Assembly: GCA_038231275.1 (NCBI GenBank)
Contig: JBBRLQ010000006.1
Coordinates: 128,001 to 192,000 of the forward strand
Direction: 5' to 3'
Source of the DNA: Polyangiales bacterium
GTDB taxonomy: Bacteria > Myxococcota_A > Polyangia > Polyangiales > Polyangiaceae
Length of the DNA: 64,000 nt
Part shown: positions 27,458-37,551 of the stretch, piece by piece
Layout of the letters: each line of letters starts with the position of its first letter
How positions within the stretch are numbered: position 1 is the stretch's first letter
Made by a program: the position numbers and the translations under genes
Notes under the pieces: generated by a model
The model's input: the letters and a program-made list of their open reading frames with translations, nothing else
Databases searched by the model: none
What the model was told of the DNA's origin: nothing

Positions 27458-29413
27458 ATGCGGTCCCCCTTCGTCGTCTCGCTCCTGCTCGCTGCAACCG
27501 CATGCGCCGCCACGAAACCGCCCGCGTCCGCCGCTGCCGTCGCCGACCCGAACGCCAAAGTCACCTCGACCCCGGTCGTCAAAATCGACCCCGACTCCGC
27601 GACCGCCTCCGACGAAGACGACACCCCGATCCCCGTCTCCAAGGACGATCCCACCTGGGGCAACCGCTCCGCCCTCGTCACGATCGTCGAGATGACCGAT
27701 CTCCAGTGCCCCTACTGCGCGCGCGCCGACAAGAGCGTCGCCCGCCTCCGCGAAGCGTACGGCCCCGAGCAGCTCCGCGTCGTCTGGAAGCACCACCCGC
27801 TCCCCTTCCACGCCAACGCGCGCCCCGCCGCCGAATGGGCCCAAGGCACCTTCGCGCTCGGTGGCGCCCAGGCGTTCCTCTGCTTCGAACAAAAAGCGAT
27901 GGACGACCAGTCGCGCCTCGCCCCCGACGCGTACGCGATGTGGACCAAAGAGTGCGGCGTCGACGCCGGCTCGGTGCGCGCAGGGGTCGATTCCCACCGC
28001 TGGTCCGACGTCATCGATCGCGGCATCGCCCTCTCCTCCAAGCTCGGCGCGTCCGGCACGCCGACCTTTTACGTGAACGGCGCCAAGATCACAGGCGCGC
28101 AGCCGTACGAAAAATTCGTCGAGGTCGTCGACGGACCAATCGCGATCGCCAAGCTCCTCCTCTCGAAGGGTGCGCCGCGCGACAAGCTCTACGTCATCGC
28201 GTCGACGGTGAACCAGGAGGCGGAGAAAGAGGAGGCCGATGAGCCGGTCGCCGACACCAAGACGGTCTTCAAGGTCCCGATCGGCCAGAGCCCCGTGCGC
28301 GGCCCCGCCGCGGCGCCGGTGACCATCGTCGAGTTTTCGGATTTTCAGTGCCCGTTCTGCAAGCGCTCCGAGGCCACGGTCGTCGAGCTTCGGAAAAAAT
28401 ACGGCGACAAGATCCGCGTCGTCTGGAAAGACGAGCCCCTCCCGTTCCATCCGCGCGCCGAGCCGGCCGCCGAGGTCGCGCGCGAGGCCCGTGCCCAGCG
28501 CGGCGACGCGGGGTTCTGGGACGCGCACGACGCGCTCTTCGACGTACAGCCGAAGCTCGAGGACGAGGACCTCGCCGGCGTCGCGCAGAAGCTCGGCATG
28601 AACGTCGGCAAGGTGAAGGACGCGATCAAGGCGCACCGCCACAAGAAGGGCATCGACGCCGACGCCGACCTCGCCGACGACCTCGACGCCACCGGCACCC
28701 CGCACTTCTTCATCAACGGTCGTCGCCTCGTCGGCGCGCAGCCGATCGACAAATTCACGGCGATCATCGACGAGGAGCTGAAGCACGCCGAAGATCTGCG
28801 CGGCCGAGGCATCGCCGCCGCGAAGGTCTACGAAGAGATCATCAAGGACGGCAAAGGACCCAAGCCGCTCGAGAAGCGCACGCTCGCCGCCGCGCCCGAC
28901 GCCCCGTTCCGCGGACCTGCCGGCGCGCCGATCGTCATCCAGGAGTTCTCGGATTTCCAGTGCCCGTTCTGCGCGCGCGCCGAGACGACGCTGACCGATC
29001 TCGAGAAGGCGTACCCCGGCAAGGTGAAGATCATTTGGCGCCAGATGCCGCTGTCCTTCCACGAGAACGCGCACCTCGCGGCCGAGGCGTCGATGGAGGC
29101 CTGGAAGCAAAAGGGCAACGCCGGCTTCTGGAAGATGCACGATCGCATGTACGACAACCAGAAGGAGCTCTCCCGCGAGGCGCTCGATCGCTACGCGAAG
29201 GACATCGGCCTCGACATGCAAAAGTGGGCGGCGGCGCTCGACGGCGGGACGCACAAGGCCGCCGTCGACAAGGACGCGAAGCTCGGGAGCGACGCCGGCG
29301 TGCAAGGAACCCCCGCGTTCTTCATCAACGGGTACTTCTTGAGCGGAGCCCAACCGCTGCCGAAGTTCCGCAAGGCCGTGGAGCAGGCCCTGGTCGACGC
29401 GGCGAAACACTGA
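27458..29413 (+). CDS. Lipoprotein DsbA-family paralog with three thioredoxin-fold domains
   Basis: Lipobox-like ATAC; CPYC/CPFC/CPFC; GTP motifs; long stretches near-identical to the upstream gene. Confidence 0.93.
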   Translation: MRSPFVVSLLLAATACAATKPPASAAAVADPNAKVTSTPVVKIDPDSATASDEDDTPIPVSKDDPTWGNRSALVTIVEMTDLQCPYCARADKSVARLREAYGPEQLRVVWKHHPLPFHANARPAAEWAQGTFALGGAQAFLCFEQKAMDDQSRLAPDAYAMWTKECGVDAGSVRAGVDSHRWSDVIDRGIALSSKLGASGTPTFYVNGAKITGAQPYEKFVEVVDGPIAIAKLLLSKGAPRDKLYVIASTVNQEAEKEEADEPVADTKTVFKVPIGQSPVRGPAAAPVTIVEFSDFQCPFCKRSEATVVELRKKYGDKIRVVWKDEPLPFHPRAEPAAEVAREARAQRGDAGFWDAHDALFDVQPKLEDEDLAGVAQKLGMNVGKVKDAIKAHRHKKGIDADADLADDLDATGTPHFFINGRRLVGAQPIDKFTAIIDEELKHAEDLRGRGIAAAKVYEEIIKDGKGPKPLEKRTLAAAPDAPFRGPAGAPIVIQEFSDFQCPFCARAETTLTDLEKAYPGKVKIIWRQMPLSFHENAHLAAEASMEAWKQKGNAGFWKMHDRMYDNQKELSREALDRYAKDIGLDMQKWAAALDGGTHKAAVDKDAKLGSDAGVQGTPAFFINGYFLSGAQPLPKFRKAVEQALVDAAKH

Positions 29414-29430
29414 TACCTGAAGCTGAGCCC

Positions 29431-30021
29431 GTGCTCGTTCGTCGCGCTCCCGTAAGGCAGACAACTTCGCGCGTCGCGATCGCCGCCGCGCTCTTCGCGC
29501 CCCTCACGATCGCGAGCGCGGCGGGCGCGGTGGAGCACGAGCACCACGTCGGCCTCGGCGCCGGCCCTGCCGCGCTGAAGGTCGACGACAAGGCCGGCAT
29601 GATGGTCGGCGCAGGCGGCGCGGTGCACTACGCGTACGGCTTCACCGACGCGTTCAACTTCGTCGCCGAGTACTCGAGCGCGATCGTCGCGCTCGACGCC
29701 AAGCTCGACACCCCGACGACGCCGCACACCCGCCCGAGCACGCTCGACACGCTCGGCGTCGGCGCCGCGTACGTGTTCGACGTCCTAAGATGGGTGCCCT
29801 ACGCGACGGCGATGGCCTCGGGCTCGCTCTTGCACGGCGGCACGATCGACGGCAGCCTGATCACCGGCGGCGTCCAGCTCGGGCTCGGCGTCGACTACAA
29901 ATTCAACTTCAGCTGGGCGGCCGGGGTGGCGTACCGGCAGCACCTGTTCCTCACCAAGATGAGCACCTACCCTTCGTACTCCCAGCTGATCTTCCGCGTC
30001 GAATACGCGTGGGGTCGGTGA
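29431..30021 (+). CDS. Small outer-membrane beta-barrel protein
   Basis: Signal peptide; alternating strands (WVPY, LGVDY); C-terminal RVEYAW. Confidence 0.7.
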   Translation: MLVRRAPVRQTTSRVAIAAALFAPLTIASAAGAVEHEHHVGLGAGPAALKVDDKAGMMVGAGGAVHYAYGFTDAFNFVAEYSSAIVALDAKLDTPTTPHTRPSTLDTLGVGAAYVFDVLRWVPYATAMASGSLLHGGTIDGSLITGGVQLGLGVDYKFNFSWAAGVAYRQHLFLTKMSTYPSYSQLIFRVEYAWGR

Positions 30022-30035
30022 CTTCGAGAATCGCC

Positions 30036-30806
30036 ATGCGCACACGTTCCCTCGCCTTCGCGGTCCTCTCGTTCGCGTCGTTCGCCTCGCTTTGCGTTGC
30101 CGCGTGTGGCGGCAAAGAGAAGCCGCCGATGCAGGCCGAGAACCTCCCTCCGCCCGCCGTCGACGCCGCCACGCCGTCGGACCTCGATCCCGGCACCGCG
30201 ACGCCCAAGCCGGCCGAGGCGGAGTGGAAGGTCCTCGTCGATCTCGACGTGCGCGCCGCCAAGACACCCGTCCCCAAGCCAGAGACCTTCGTGAAGCTGA
30301 TCGACGCAAAATACAAGGCGTACCGAAAAGCGAAGAAGGACTGCAAGATGAACAACGACGCGATCCTCTCCGTCGAGGGCGGCGTCCAAGGCGCGTTCAC
30401 GAAGAAGGACGCGGCCGAGATGCTCTACCTGGTGAGCATCGCGCCGTGCGACCAGAAAGACGGCGCCGTCCACACGCTCCTCATCTTACAAGGCGGCCAC
30501 GTCGTCATGAGCGAGAAGGTCGCCGAGCACGATCTCGTCGAGGTCCGAGATCTCGACCAGGACGGCGACAACGAAATCCTCCTCGTCGGCGGGTGGCCTC
30601 CCCAAGTCAAGGCGCGCCTCATCGACACCGAGGAAGGCAAGCTCGAGACCCTCTTCGACTTCGGCGAGATTGCCAAAGGCAGCTGCGACGGCGCCAACGC
30701 GACGGGCGACAGCGCGGTGATTCGCTACCGCAAGGGAGCGACGTCGATGGAGTACAAAGCGGAAAAGAAGCCGAAAACGTGCCCGGCGGCGGCCCCGACG
30801 AAATAG
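30036..30806 (+). CDS. Hypothetical lipoprotein
   Basis: Lipobox VAAC; DLDQDGDNEI Ca-binding-like loop; alternative GTG start at 30018. Confidence 0.75.
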   Translation: MRTRSLAFAVLSFASFASLCVAACGGKEKPPMQAENLPPPAVDAATPSDLDPGTATPKPAEAEWKVLVDLDVRAAKTPVPKPETFVKLIDAKYKAYRKAKKDCKMNNDAILSVEGGVQGAFTKKDAAEMLYLVSIAPCDQKDGAVHTLLILQGGHVVMSEKVAEHDLVEVRDLDQDGDNEILLVGGWPPQVKARLIDTEEGKLETLFDFGEIAKGSCDGANATGDSAVIRYRKGATSMEYKAEKKPKTCPAAAPTK

Positions 30807-32033
30807 CTATTTCGCCTGGGAGAGCCCGAACCCCTCGTGCAGCGTCCGCACCGCGAGCTCCGTGTACTTCGACGCGACGAGGCAGCTCACCTTGATCTCG
30901 CTCGTCGAGATCGCCTGGATGTTGATCCCCTCGTCGGCCAGCAGCTTGAACATCTTCGCCGCGACGCCCGCGTGCGAGCGCATCCCTAGCCCGACGATCG
31001 AGACCTTCACGACCTCCTCGTCGTAGCGAAGCTCCTTCGCGCCGAGCGCCTTGCCGATCTCCTCGAGGAACGGCTTGCCGCGCGCGAGATCCGTCTTCGC
31101 CACGGTGAACGTCACGTCGGCGCGCTGCCCGCGTCCGCTCGTCGCCGACTGGATGATCATGTCGACGCTGATGTTCTTCTCGGCGATCTGACCGAACAAA
31201 CTAGCGACGACGCCGGGCTTGTCCTCGACGCCGACGATGACGACGCGCGCCTCGTTCTTTTCGTACGCCACGCCCGCGACGACGACGTCCTCGAGGGTTT
31301 TGTCTTCACTCGTCACCCAGGTACCCTCCGCGTCCGAGAACGAGCTTCGCACGTGCACGGGGACGCCGTATTTCATGGCGATTTCGACGCTGCGGATCTG
31401 GAGCACTTTCGCGCCGAGCGACGCGAGCTCCAGCATCTCTTCGTAGCTGATCTTGGCGATCTTGCGAGCCGACGGACAGATGTTCGGATCGGTCGTGTAG
31501 ACGCCGTCGACGTCGGTGTAGATCTCGCACGCGCTCGCGCCGATGGCGGCAGCGACCGCGACGCCGGTCGTGTCGGATCCGCCGCGGCCGAGGGTGGTGA
31601 TGTCGCCGTTCTCGTCGACGCCCTGAAAGCCGGCGACGACCGCGATCTGGCCCTTCTTCACGGTCTCGAAGATCTTCGAGCCCTCGATCGTCTTGATGCG
31701 CGCCTTGGTGAACGCGCCGTCGGTGAGGATCTTCACCTGGTGGCCGAGGAGCGAGCGCGCCTTGCCCCCTTCGGTCTGGATGGCGAGCGCGAGGAGGGCG
31801 GCGGCGACCTGCTCGCCGGTGGCGGCGATCACATCCATCTCGCGCGCGTCGGGGATCTTCGTCACGTCGTGCGCGAGACCGAGGAGGCGGTTGGTCTCGC
31901 CGCTCATCGCGCTGACGATCACGACGACGTCGTTCCCCGCGCGCTGCGAGGCGAGAGCCCGCCGCGCAACGTTCCGAATTTTTTCGATCGACCCCACCGA
32001 AGTGCCGCCGAACTTCTGGACGAGGAGTGCCAC
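30807..32033 (-). CDS. lysC: Aspartate kinase
   Basis: VQKFGGTSV, TLGRGGSD, TDVDGVYTTDP, two ACT domains, STSEIK. Confidence 0.97.
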   Translation of the reverse strand: MALLVQKFGGTSVGSIEKIRNVARRALASQRAGNDVVVIVSAMSGETNRLLGLAHDVTKIPDAREMDVIAATGEQVAAALLALAIQTEGGKARSLLGHQVKILTDGAFTKARIKTIEGSKIFETVKKGQIAVVAGFQGVDENGDITTLGRGGSDTTGVAVAAAIGASACEIYTDVDGVYTTDPNICPSARKIAKISYEEMLELASLGAKVLQIRSVEIAMKYGVPVHVRSSFSDAEGTWVTSEDKTLEDVVVAGVAYEKNEARVVIVGVEDKPGVVASLFGQIAEKNISVDMIIQSATSGRGQRADVTFTVAKTDLARGKPFLEEIGKALGAKELRYDEEVVKVSIVGLGMRSHAGVAAKMFKLLADEGINIQAISTSEIKVSCLVASKYTELAVRTLHEGFGLSQAK

Positions 32034-32118
32034 CTTGGGTAGCGTGCGTACCGCTTCCGCCCGAGAAAATCCAGCAGATCAGCCTGGAAATGAAGGGGAA
32101 ACGCAGGGGAAACGGAAC

Positions 32119-32523
32119 GTGACGGGCGCGTCGGGATATCTCATCGAGACGTTCGTGACCTTGGTCGCGGTGTGCCTCATCGCGTTCGTCGTCCTCTATG
32201 GGGCGCGGCGGCTCGGCATCGGACGCGCGCAGGGGCCGATTCATCTGATGGGGCACCTGCCGCTCGACGGGCGGCGCTCGGTCTACCTCGTGAAGGTCGG
32301 CGATCAGGTGCTGGTCGTCGGCGTCGCCGAGGGAGGCATGACGAAGCTCGGTGAGGTCCCCGCGGCGTCTCTTCCCGCGATGACGATCCCGTCGGGCGCC
32401 CCGTTCGCGACGATCCTCGCGCGCGCGTTGATGCGAAAGCCCGTCTCGGCAACGACTCCCGCGACACCAACGCCGACGACGAGCGACGCCGCGAAATCGG
32501 AACGCGGAGAGGGGCACGCATGA
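32119..32523 (+). CDS. fliO: FliO/FliZ-like export-gate chaperone
   Basis: N-terminal TM, LPLDGRRSVYLVKVGDQVLVVGV; coupled to a fliP-like gene. Confidence 0.75.
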   Translation: MTGASGYLIETFVTLVAVCLIAFVVLYGARRLGIGRAQGPIHLMGHLPLDGRRSVYLVKVGDQVLVVGVAEGGMTKLGEVPAASLPAMTIPSGAPFATILARALMRKPVSATTPATPTPTTSDAAKSERGEGHA

Positions 32524-33194
32524 AGGCGGACGATCTCCTCGGCCGACCGATCGCGCTCGTCGTCGCGCTCGCGCTCGTCTCGCTCCTTCCCTTCGCGTTC
32601 ATGAGCGTGACGGCGTTCGTGAAGATCTCGACGGTGCTCCAGATCGTGCGCTCGGCGATCGGCGCGCAGAGCGTGCCGTCGAGCACCGTGGTCATGGCCC
32701 TCTCGGCCGCGCTGACGCTCCTCGCGATGGCGCCGGTCGGGCAGAAGATCATCGCGCGCGCGTCGCCGATGTTCGCGGGGAAGGAGGTGCCGGAGACCAT
32801 CGCCATCGTGCGCGGCACCGTGGACGCCGTGCGCGAGCCGATGCGCGACTTCATGCGCGCCAACGCGAGCACCAAGGAGAAAGGGCGATTTCTCATGGTC
32901 GCCCGCGACGCGCGACCCGAAGCCGAACGGCCGCAGATCAAAGACGATGACCTCACCGTGCTCATCCCCGCGTTCGTCGTCACCGAGCTCACCGAGGCGT
33001 TCGCAGTCGGCTTCCTCATCTTCTTGCCGTTCCTCGTCGTGGATCTCGTCGTCGCCAACGTCCTCCTCGCGCTGGGAATGCAGATGCTCAGCCCGACGCA
33101 AGTGAGCATGCCGTTCAAGCTGCTCTTGTTCGTCGCCATCGATGGGTGGGGGCTCTTGGCGCAAGCGCTCGTCGCCGGCTACGCCAACACGTGA
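32520..33194 (+). CDS. sctR: Type III export gate protein FliP/SctR
   Basis: TAFVKIS.VL..RSAIG.Q..P, IPAF..TEL..AF..GF..FLPF, LGMQM..P..SMPFKLLLFV..DGW. Confidence 0.92.
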   Translation: MKADDLLGRPIALVVALALVSLLPFAFMSVTAFVKISTVLQIVRSAIGAQSVPSSTVVMALSAALTLLAMAPVGQKIIARASPMFAGKEVPETIAIVRGTVDAVREPMRDFMRANASTKEKGRFLMVARDARPEAERPQIKDDDLTVLIPAFVVTELTEAFAVGFLIFLPFLVVDLVVANVLLALGMQMLSPTQVSMPFKLLLFVAIDGWGLLAQALVAGYANT

Positions 33195-33256
33195 CGCCGT
33201 CGCGTACGCTCGAGTCCACGCCCAACCCAAGTCCACTCCGCGCCGACGAGTAACGC

Positions 33257-33284
33257 TTGACTTCGGACGCCCTGCGCGTAGATT
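33257..33284 (+). promoter_or_regulatory. sigma70-type promoter of the tRNA
   Basis: TTGACT-16 bp-TAGATT then a GC-rich discriminator. Confidence 0.65.
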
Positions 33285-33309
33285 CGGCCGCCGTTTCGAC
33301 AAAAAAGCC

Positions 33310-33382
<73 letters not shown>

Positions 33383-33415
33383 CCGGAAGGTGGTCAGGAA
33401 GTTTTCGGGGGACAC

Positions 33416-34240
33416 ATGCCGCGCGCGACGATCTCCGCATTGTCGGCCGCGCTGGTCGTGACCGCCGTCGCGTGCCGCGGAATCCTCGGGGTGGACGATC
33501 TCCCTCCGCTCGCGACCGGAGACGCCGGCTTTGACGCGGACGGCCTCGACGCGCCGATCGAATCGGGCGCGCGGTATTGCTCGACGCTCTCTCCGGCGCC
33601 GCAGCTGTGCGCCGACTTCGACGGCGACGGCCCATACGGCGAAGGCTTCGACAATGGAACGCAGAACCCCGACCCCGGCGCGCAGAAAGGGGGAACGCTG
33701 GCCCTCGACACGACGTCGTCGCGCTCCGGTCCCGCGTCTCTCTTTCTCCAGACGCCGTCGGTGCTCCAGTCGAGCGACGCCGCGGCGGCGATCCTCTTGA
33801 AGACGCTGCCGAGCGTGACGCCGCGCCTCGCGGTCGCGTTCGACATGCTCGTCGACACCGAGGACATTCCCTCCGGCAATGGCTTCGTCATCCTCGCCGC
33901 GGTCGACTTCGGCATCGGCGCCGCGATCTTCCTCCGCGACGCGCGCGGGCCGGCGATCTCGGTCGCGCCGGACGGGCTCACCGTGCACCTCTCCTCGCGC
34001 TTTCCGGTCGGGGCGTGGAGGACGGTGGAGCTGACGATCGTGAACGCGCCGGTCGACGGCGGCACCGACGGGCTCGTCATCGGCGGTGTGGACGGAGCGA
34101 AGGGAGGCTCGACGGCCCTTCCAGCGAAGTACCAGACGGTGACGACCAAGCCGCACCTCACGATCGGGCCGTCGGCGGGCGGGCCGGCGGGCGCGTTCAA
34201 GGCGCACGTGGACAACGTGCGCGTCTACTACGGCCTTTGA
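33416..34240 (+). CDS. Lipoprotein, predicted beta-sandwich (LamG/concanavalin-like)
   Basis: Lipobox AVAC; CADFD; W..VEL; C-terminal VDNV. Confidence 0.7.
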   Translation: MPRATISALSAALVVTAVACRGILGVDDLPPLATGDAGFDADGLDAPIESGARYCSTLSPAPQLCADFDGDGPYGEGFDNGTQNPDPGAQKGGTLALDTTSSRSGPASLFLQTPSVLQSSDAAAAILLKTLPSVTPRLAVAFDMLVDTEDIPSGNGFVILAAVDFGIGAAIFLRDARGPAISVAPDGLTVHLSSRFPVGAWRTVELTIVNAPVDGGTDGLVIGGVDGAKGGSTALPAKYQTVTTKPHLTIGPSAGGPAGAFKAHVDNVRVYYGL

Positions 34241-34282
34241 GACGCGTGAGACGAGACGGGTGAAACCGGCGAGGAGATCGAG

Positions 34283-35008
34283 ATGACGGCGAAGCGCGTT
34301 CGCGTCGCGGCGTTCGAGCTGCCTGCGCGCTGGGCGGAGCCGGAGAAGGCGCTCTCCGACGTGCGTGCTCTATTGGCGCGAGGACCGGCGACCGATCTCG
34401 CGCTTTTGCCGGAGGCGAGCCTCACCGGCTACGTGTCGCCGGATCTCGCGTCGGATCTTCGCGCCTTCGCGGAGCCGCTCGACGGCCCGACCACTGCCGC
34501 GCTCGGCGCGATCGCGCGCGCGCACCGCACCTGCATCGTGGGCCCGCTCATCCTGAAGGAGGAAGAGCGCTTCTCGAACGCGATGGTCGCGCTAGGCCCC
34601 GACGGCGCGCTCCTCGCGACCTACCGGAAGCGTCACCCGTGGTACGTCGAGACGTGGGCGACGCCCGGCGAAGCGCCGCTCGCGACGTTCGCCGTCGCCG
34701 GGTGCACGTTCGCGCTGGCCATCTGCTTCGATCTGCATTTCGTGGAGGACGAGAGCGCGCGGGAGCTCGAGGCCGCCGACGTGCTCCTCTTCGCGAGCGC
34801 GTGGGTCGAGAAGGAGGACTCGCGCCCCGAGGTCCTCGCGACGCTCGCGCGACGCTTCGACCTCGCGATCGTCAACGCGAACTGGGGTCACGGCGAGCCG
34901 CACGTGTGGGGACAAGGTGGCTCGCGCATCGTCGACCGCGCGGGCACCCTCCTCCAGGACGCGCGCGGAGACGGGCCGCAGCGCATCGACGCAGCATTTT
35001 CGCTTTGA
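34283..35008 (+). CDS. Carbon-nitrogen hydrolase (nitrilase superfamily)
   Basis: LPE, YRK, ICFD catalytic E-K-C triad. Confidence 0.9.
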   Translation: MTAKRVRVAAFELPARWAEPEKALSDVRALLARGPATDLALLPEASLTGYVSPDLASDLRAFAEPLDGPTTAALGAIARAHRTCIVGPLILKEEERFSNAMVALGPDGALLATYRKRHPWYVETWATPGEAPLATFAVAGCTFALAICFDLHFVEDESARELEAADVLLFASAWVEKEDSRPEVLATLARRFDLAIVNANWGHGEPHVWGQGGSRIVDRAGTLLQDARGDGPQRIDAAFSL

Positions 35009-35044
35009 CCTCCCGCGCGCCAGGGGAAATTGTACGATCCGAAA

Positions 35045-35299
35045 ATGCTCGAGGTGAAGGTCACCGTCCTCCAGAACGGCAAAGAGATCCCGCTCGCCCA
35101 GGCCCGCGACGTAAATGTCCGCACTGCGCTCGGCAAGGTGGCGAAGGAGGTAGGCGCGAAGCTCACCCCGGTCCTCTGCCCCGTTCACGCGCAGACCGTC
35201 ACCAATGTTCGCATCCAGGTCGGCCCTTCGGGCGCCGACATCGCCTACGACGCCTGCTGCGACAAGCTGAAGGAAGCGGTCGCCGCCGTTCTCGGCTGA
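35045..35299 (+). CDS. Small protein with CPxH...CC putative metal site
   Basis: High GC3 ORF; CPVH and ACC. Confidence 0.75.
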   Translation: MLEVKVTVLQNGKEIPLAQARDVNVRTALGKVAKEVGAKLTPVLCPVHAQTVTNVRIQVGPSGADIAYDACCDKLKEAVAAVLG

Positions 35300-35341
35300 A
35301 AAGGCCTCAAGGTTTTTGGGATGTGGCCGTTCCACTTTCCG

Positions 35342-36730
35342 ATGAGCCAAGCTGCTGTTCTCGCCCCCAAGCCGGCGGTCCACATCGGGGCCAACGGTCG
35401 ACCCGAGTATCACGTGGGGGACGTCATCGACGGGCGCTACGAGCTCGTCCGCGATCTCGGGCGCGGCGCCGCCGGGGTCGTGTTCGAGGCGCGGCATCGC
35501 TTCACCCACCGCCGTGTCGCGCTGAAGCTCGTCTCGCCCGACAGCCCGCGCGCCGTCCAAGGGGAGCTCCGCGCCCGCCTCGTCCGCGAGGCCCGCGCGC
35601 TCGCCGCAGCGCGCCATCCTTCGATCGTCGACGTGCTCGACGGCGGGGTCGCCGCGTGCGGTACCCCCTACATCGTCCTCGAGATGCTCGAAGGAGGCCG
35701 GACGCTCGAAGGCCTCCTGGCGACGCGCGGCAAGCTGAGCGTGAAGGACACCGTCGCCGTCGGCCTCCAGCTGTGCGACGCGCTCGCCGCCGCCCACAGA
35801 GCAGGCGTCGTGCACCGCGACGTCAAGCCCGGCAACATCATGATCCTCCAGGACCACACCGGCGAAGTGCTCAAGCTCGTCGACTTCGGCATCGCCCAGG
35901 TCAGCGCGCGCGAGGGCAAGCTGACGAGCTACGGCGCCATCATCGGGACGCCCGAATACATGGCGCCCGAGCAGATCATGATGACCGGGGAGAGCGACGA
36001 GCTCGTCGACGTGTACGCCGTCGGCATCACGATCTTCGAGTGCATCGCGGGCCGCGTCCCGTTCGTCGGCAACTACCAGCAGGTGCTCTTGCAGGTGGGC
36101 TCGAACTCGGACGCGCCGTCGCTCGTCTCGCTCTGCCCGATCGCAGGCGCGCGCCTTTCGGCCGTCGTCTCCCGCGCCATCGCGAAGGATCGCGCGGCGC
36201 GGTACCAGAGCATCGAGGCTCTCTCTCTCGATTTGGCGGCTGCCATCCCCGGCGCGCGACGTCGCACGCAGTTCTTCCCCCAGGGGCCGCACCACGGCGC
36301 GAACGCGCCCGCGAACGCGAACGCCGAGGCTCCTTCGGAGCCCCGCCCCACGCCTGCCTCATCGGCCACGATGAAGGCGTTCGTACCGGTCGAGCAGCGA
36401 CGCCGCGCCGTCCGCGCCAACTACGCGACCCCCGTGCAGATCGTTCTCGCGGATGGCGTCCACGTCGACGGGCGTAGCGAGGATCTCTCGGAGGGCGGCT
36501 TCCTCATCATCCTCGACACCGGCACCGAGATCACACACGACCAAGTCGTCCGTCTGCGGTTCGCGCTGCCGATGGACGGCAAGGTAGTCGCCTGCTCGGC
36601 GCAAGTCCGCTGGGTGCGCGCGACGCACGGCCGCCGCGCCATGGGTGTGCAGTTCGTCGATCCGCCGGCGGAGCTCGGGCCCCAGATTTCTCGGTACATC
36701 GAGCTGATGGGCGTGCCCAAGGAAGGCTGA
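35342..36730 (+). CDS. Ser/Thr protein kinase with C-terminal PilZ domain
   Basis: HRDVKPGN, DFG, GTPEYMAPEQ; RRAVR and DLSEGG PilZ motifs. Confidence 0.92.
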   Translation: MSQAAVLAPKPAVHIGANGRPEYHVGDVIDGRYELVRDLGRGAAGVVFEARHRFTHRRVALKLVSPDSPRAVQGELRARLVREARALAAARHPSIVDVLDGGVAACGTPYIVLEMLEGGRTLEGLLATRGKLSVKDTVAVGLQLCDALAAAHRAGVVHRDVKPGNIMILQDHTGEVLKLVDFGIAQVSAREGKLTSYGAIIGTPEYMAPEQIMMTGESDELVDVYAVGITIFECIAGRVPFVGNYQQVLLQVGSNSDAPSLVSLCPIAGARLSAVVSRAIAKDRAARYQSIEALSLDLAAAIPGARRRTQFFPQGPHHGANAPANANAEAPSEPRPTPASSATMKAFVPVEQRRRAVRANYATPVQIVLADGVHVDGRSEDLSEGGFLIILDTGTEITHDQVVRLRFALPMDGKVVACSAQVRWVRATHGRRAMGVQFVDPPAELGPQISRYIELMGVPKEG

Positions 36731-36750
36731 CCGCGCGTGTCCGAAGAGGG

Positions 36751-37536
36751 ATGACGGGCACCACGGGCGCGCCATCCACCGGCACCACGAGCGAAGGCTC
36801 GGTCTCCTTCTCGTTGAAGGAGCTCACGCGCCTCGAAGACGAGCGCGTCGCCTTCGAGCGAGACGAGGCGAGGCGCCGGCGCGAAGAGCTCGAGCGGAAC
36901 GCAGCCGACCAGGCAAAGCGAGCGCAAGAGGCCGTCGACGCCCGCGCGCGGGCCGAGGACGAGCGACGCAAAGAGCTCGAACGCCACGCGCGCGAGGAAG
37001 ATGCGCGGCTCGAGGGGCAGAAGCGCGCGTTCGTCGAGCGCGAGCGACTGGCCGCAGAGCAACGCGCGCGGGACGGCGAGGTCGCACGCCTGCACACGCA
37101 CGAGCTGGAGCTGACGCGCCTGCGCACCCAAGGAGGCGGCGCCCGGATCGCATGGAGCGTCGCCGTCGCGAGCCTCGTTTGCCTCGTCGCCGGCGCGATC
37201 GCCTACGCCGCCGTTCTGCGCCCCGACGCCGATCGACAGCTCGCCCAGGCCCGCGCAGACGTGGTGCGAAGCGGTGAGCTGGTGAAGGAAGCGGAGCGCC
37301 AGGTCTCGGATCTCGGGAAGCGGGTCGACGGTCTCGCCGGGCAGCTCCAGGCGTCGGAGGAGCACGCGCGCGATCTCGAACGCCAGCTCGACGACGCCAA
37401 GAAGAAGGTCGGTGACCGCCGCGCCGGCGTCGCGCCGCCTCCCACACCGCGCCCGCCCCCCATCCCGACGCGCCCGACCGGGCTGATCGACGGCCCATGC
37501 AAGTACCCGGGTGACCCGCTCTGCGCAGGGAAGTAA
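36751..37536 (+). CDS. Coiled-coil single-pass membrane protein
   Basis: SVSFSLKEL N-terminus, E/R-rich coil, TM, C-terminal C..GDPLC. Confidence 0.75.
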   Translation: MTGTTGAPSTGTTSEGSVSFSLKELTRLEDERVAFERDEARRRREELERNAADQAKRAQEAVDARARAEDERRKELERHAREEDARLEGQKRAFVERERLAAEQRARDGEVARLHTHELELTRLRTQGGGARIAWSVAVASLVCLVAGAIAYAAVLRPDADRQLAQARADVVRSGELVKEAERQVSDLGKRVDGLAGQLQASEEHARDLERQLDDAKKKVGDRRAGVAPPPTPRPPPIPTRPTGLIDGPCKYPGDPLCAGK

Positions 37537-37551
37537 GGTCAGCGGCGCCTC

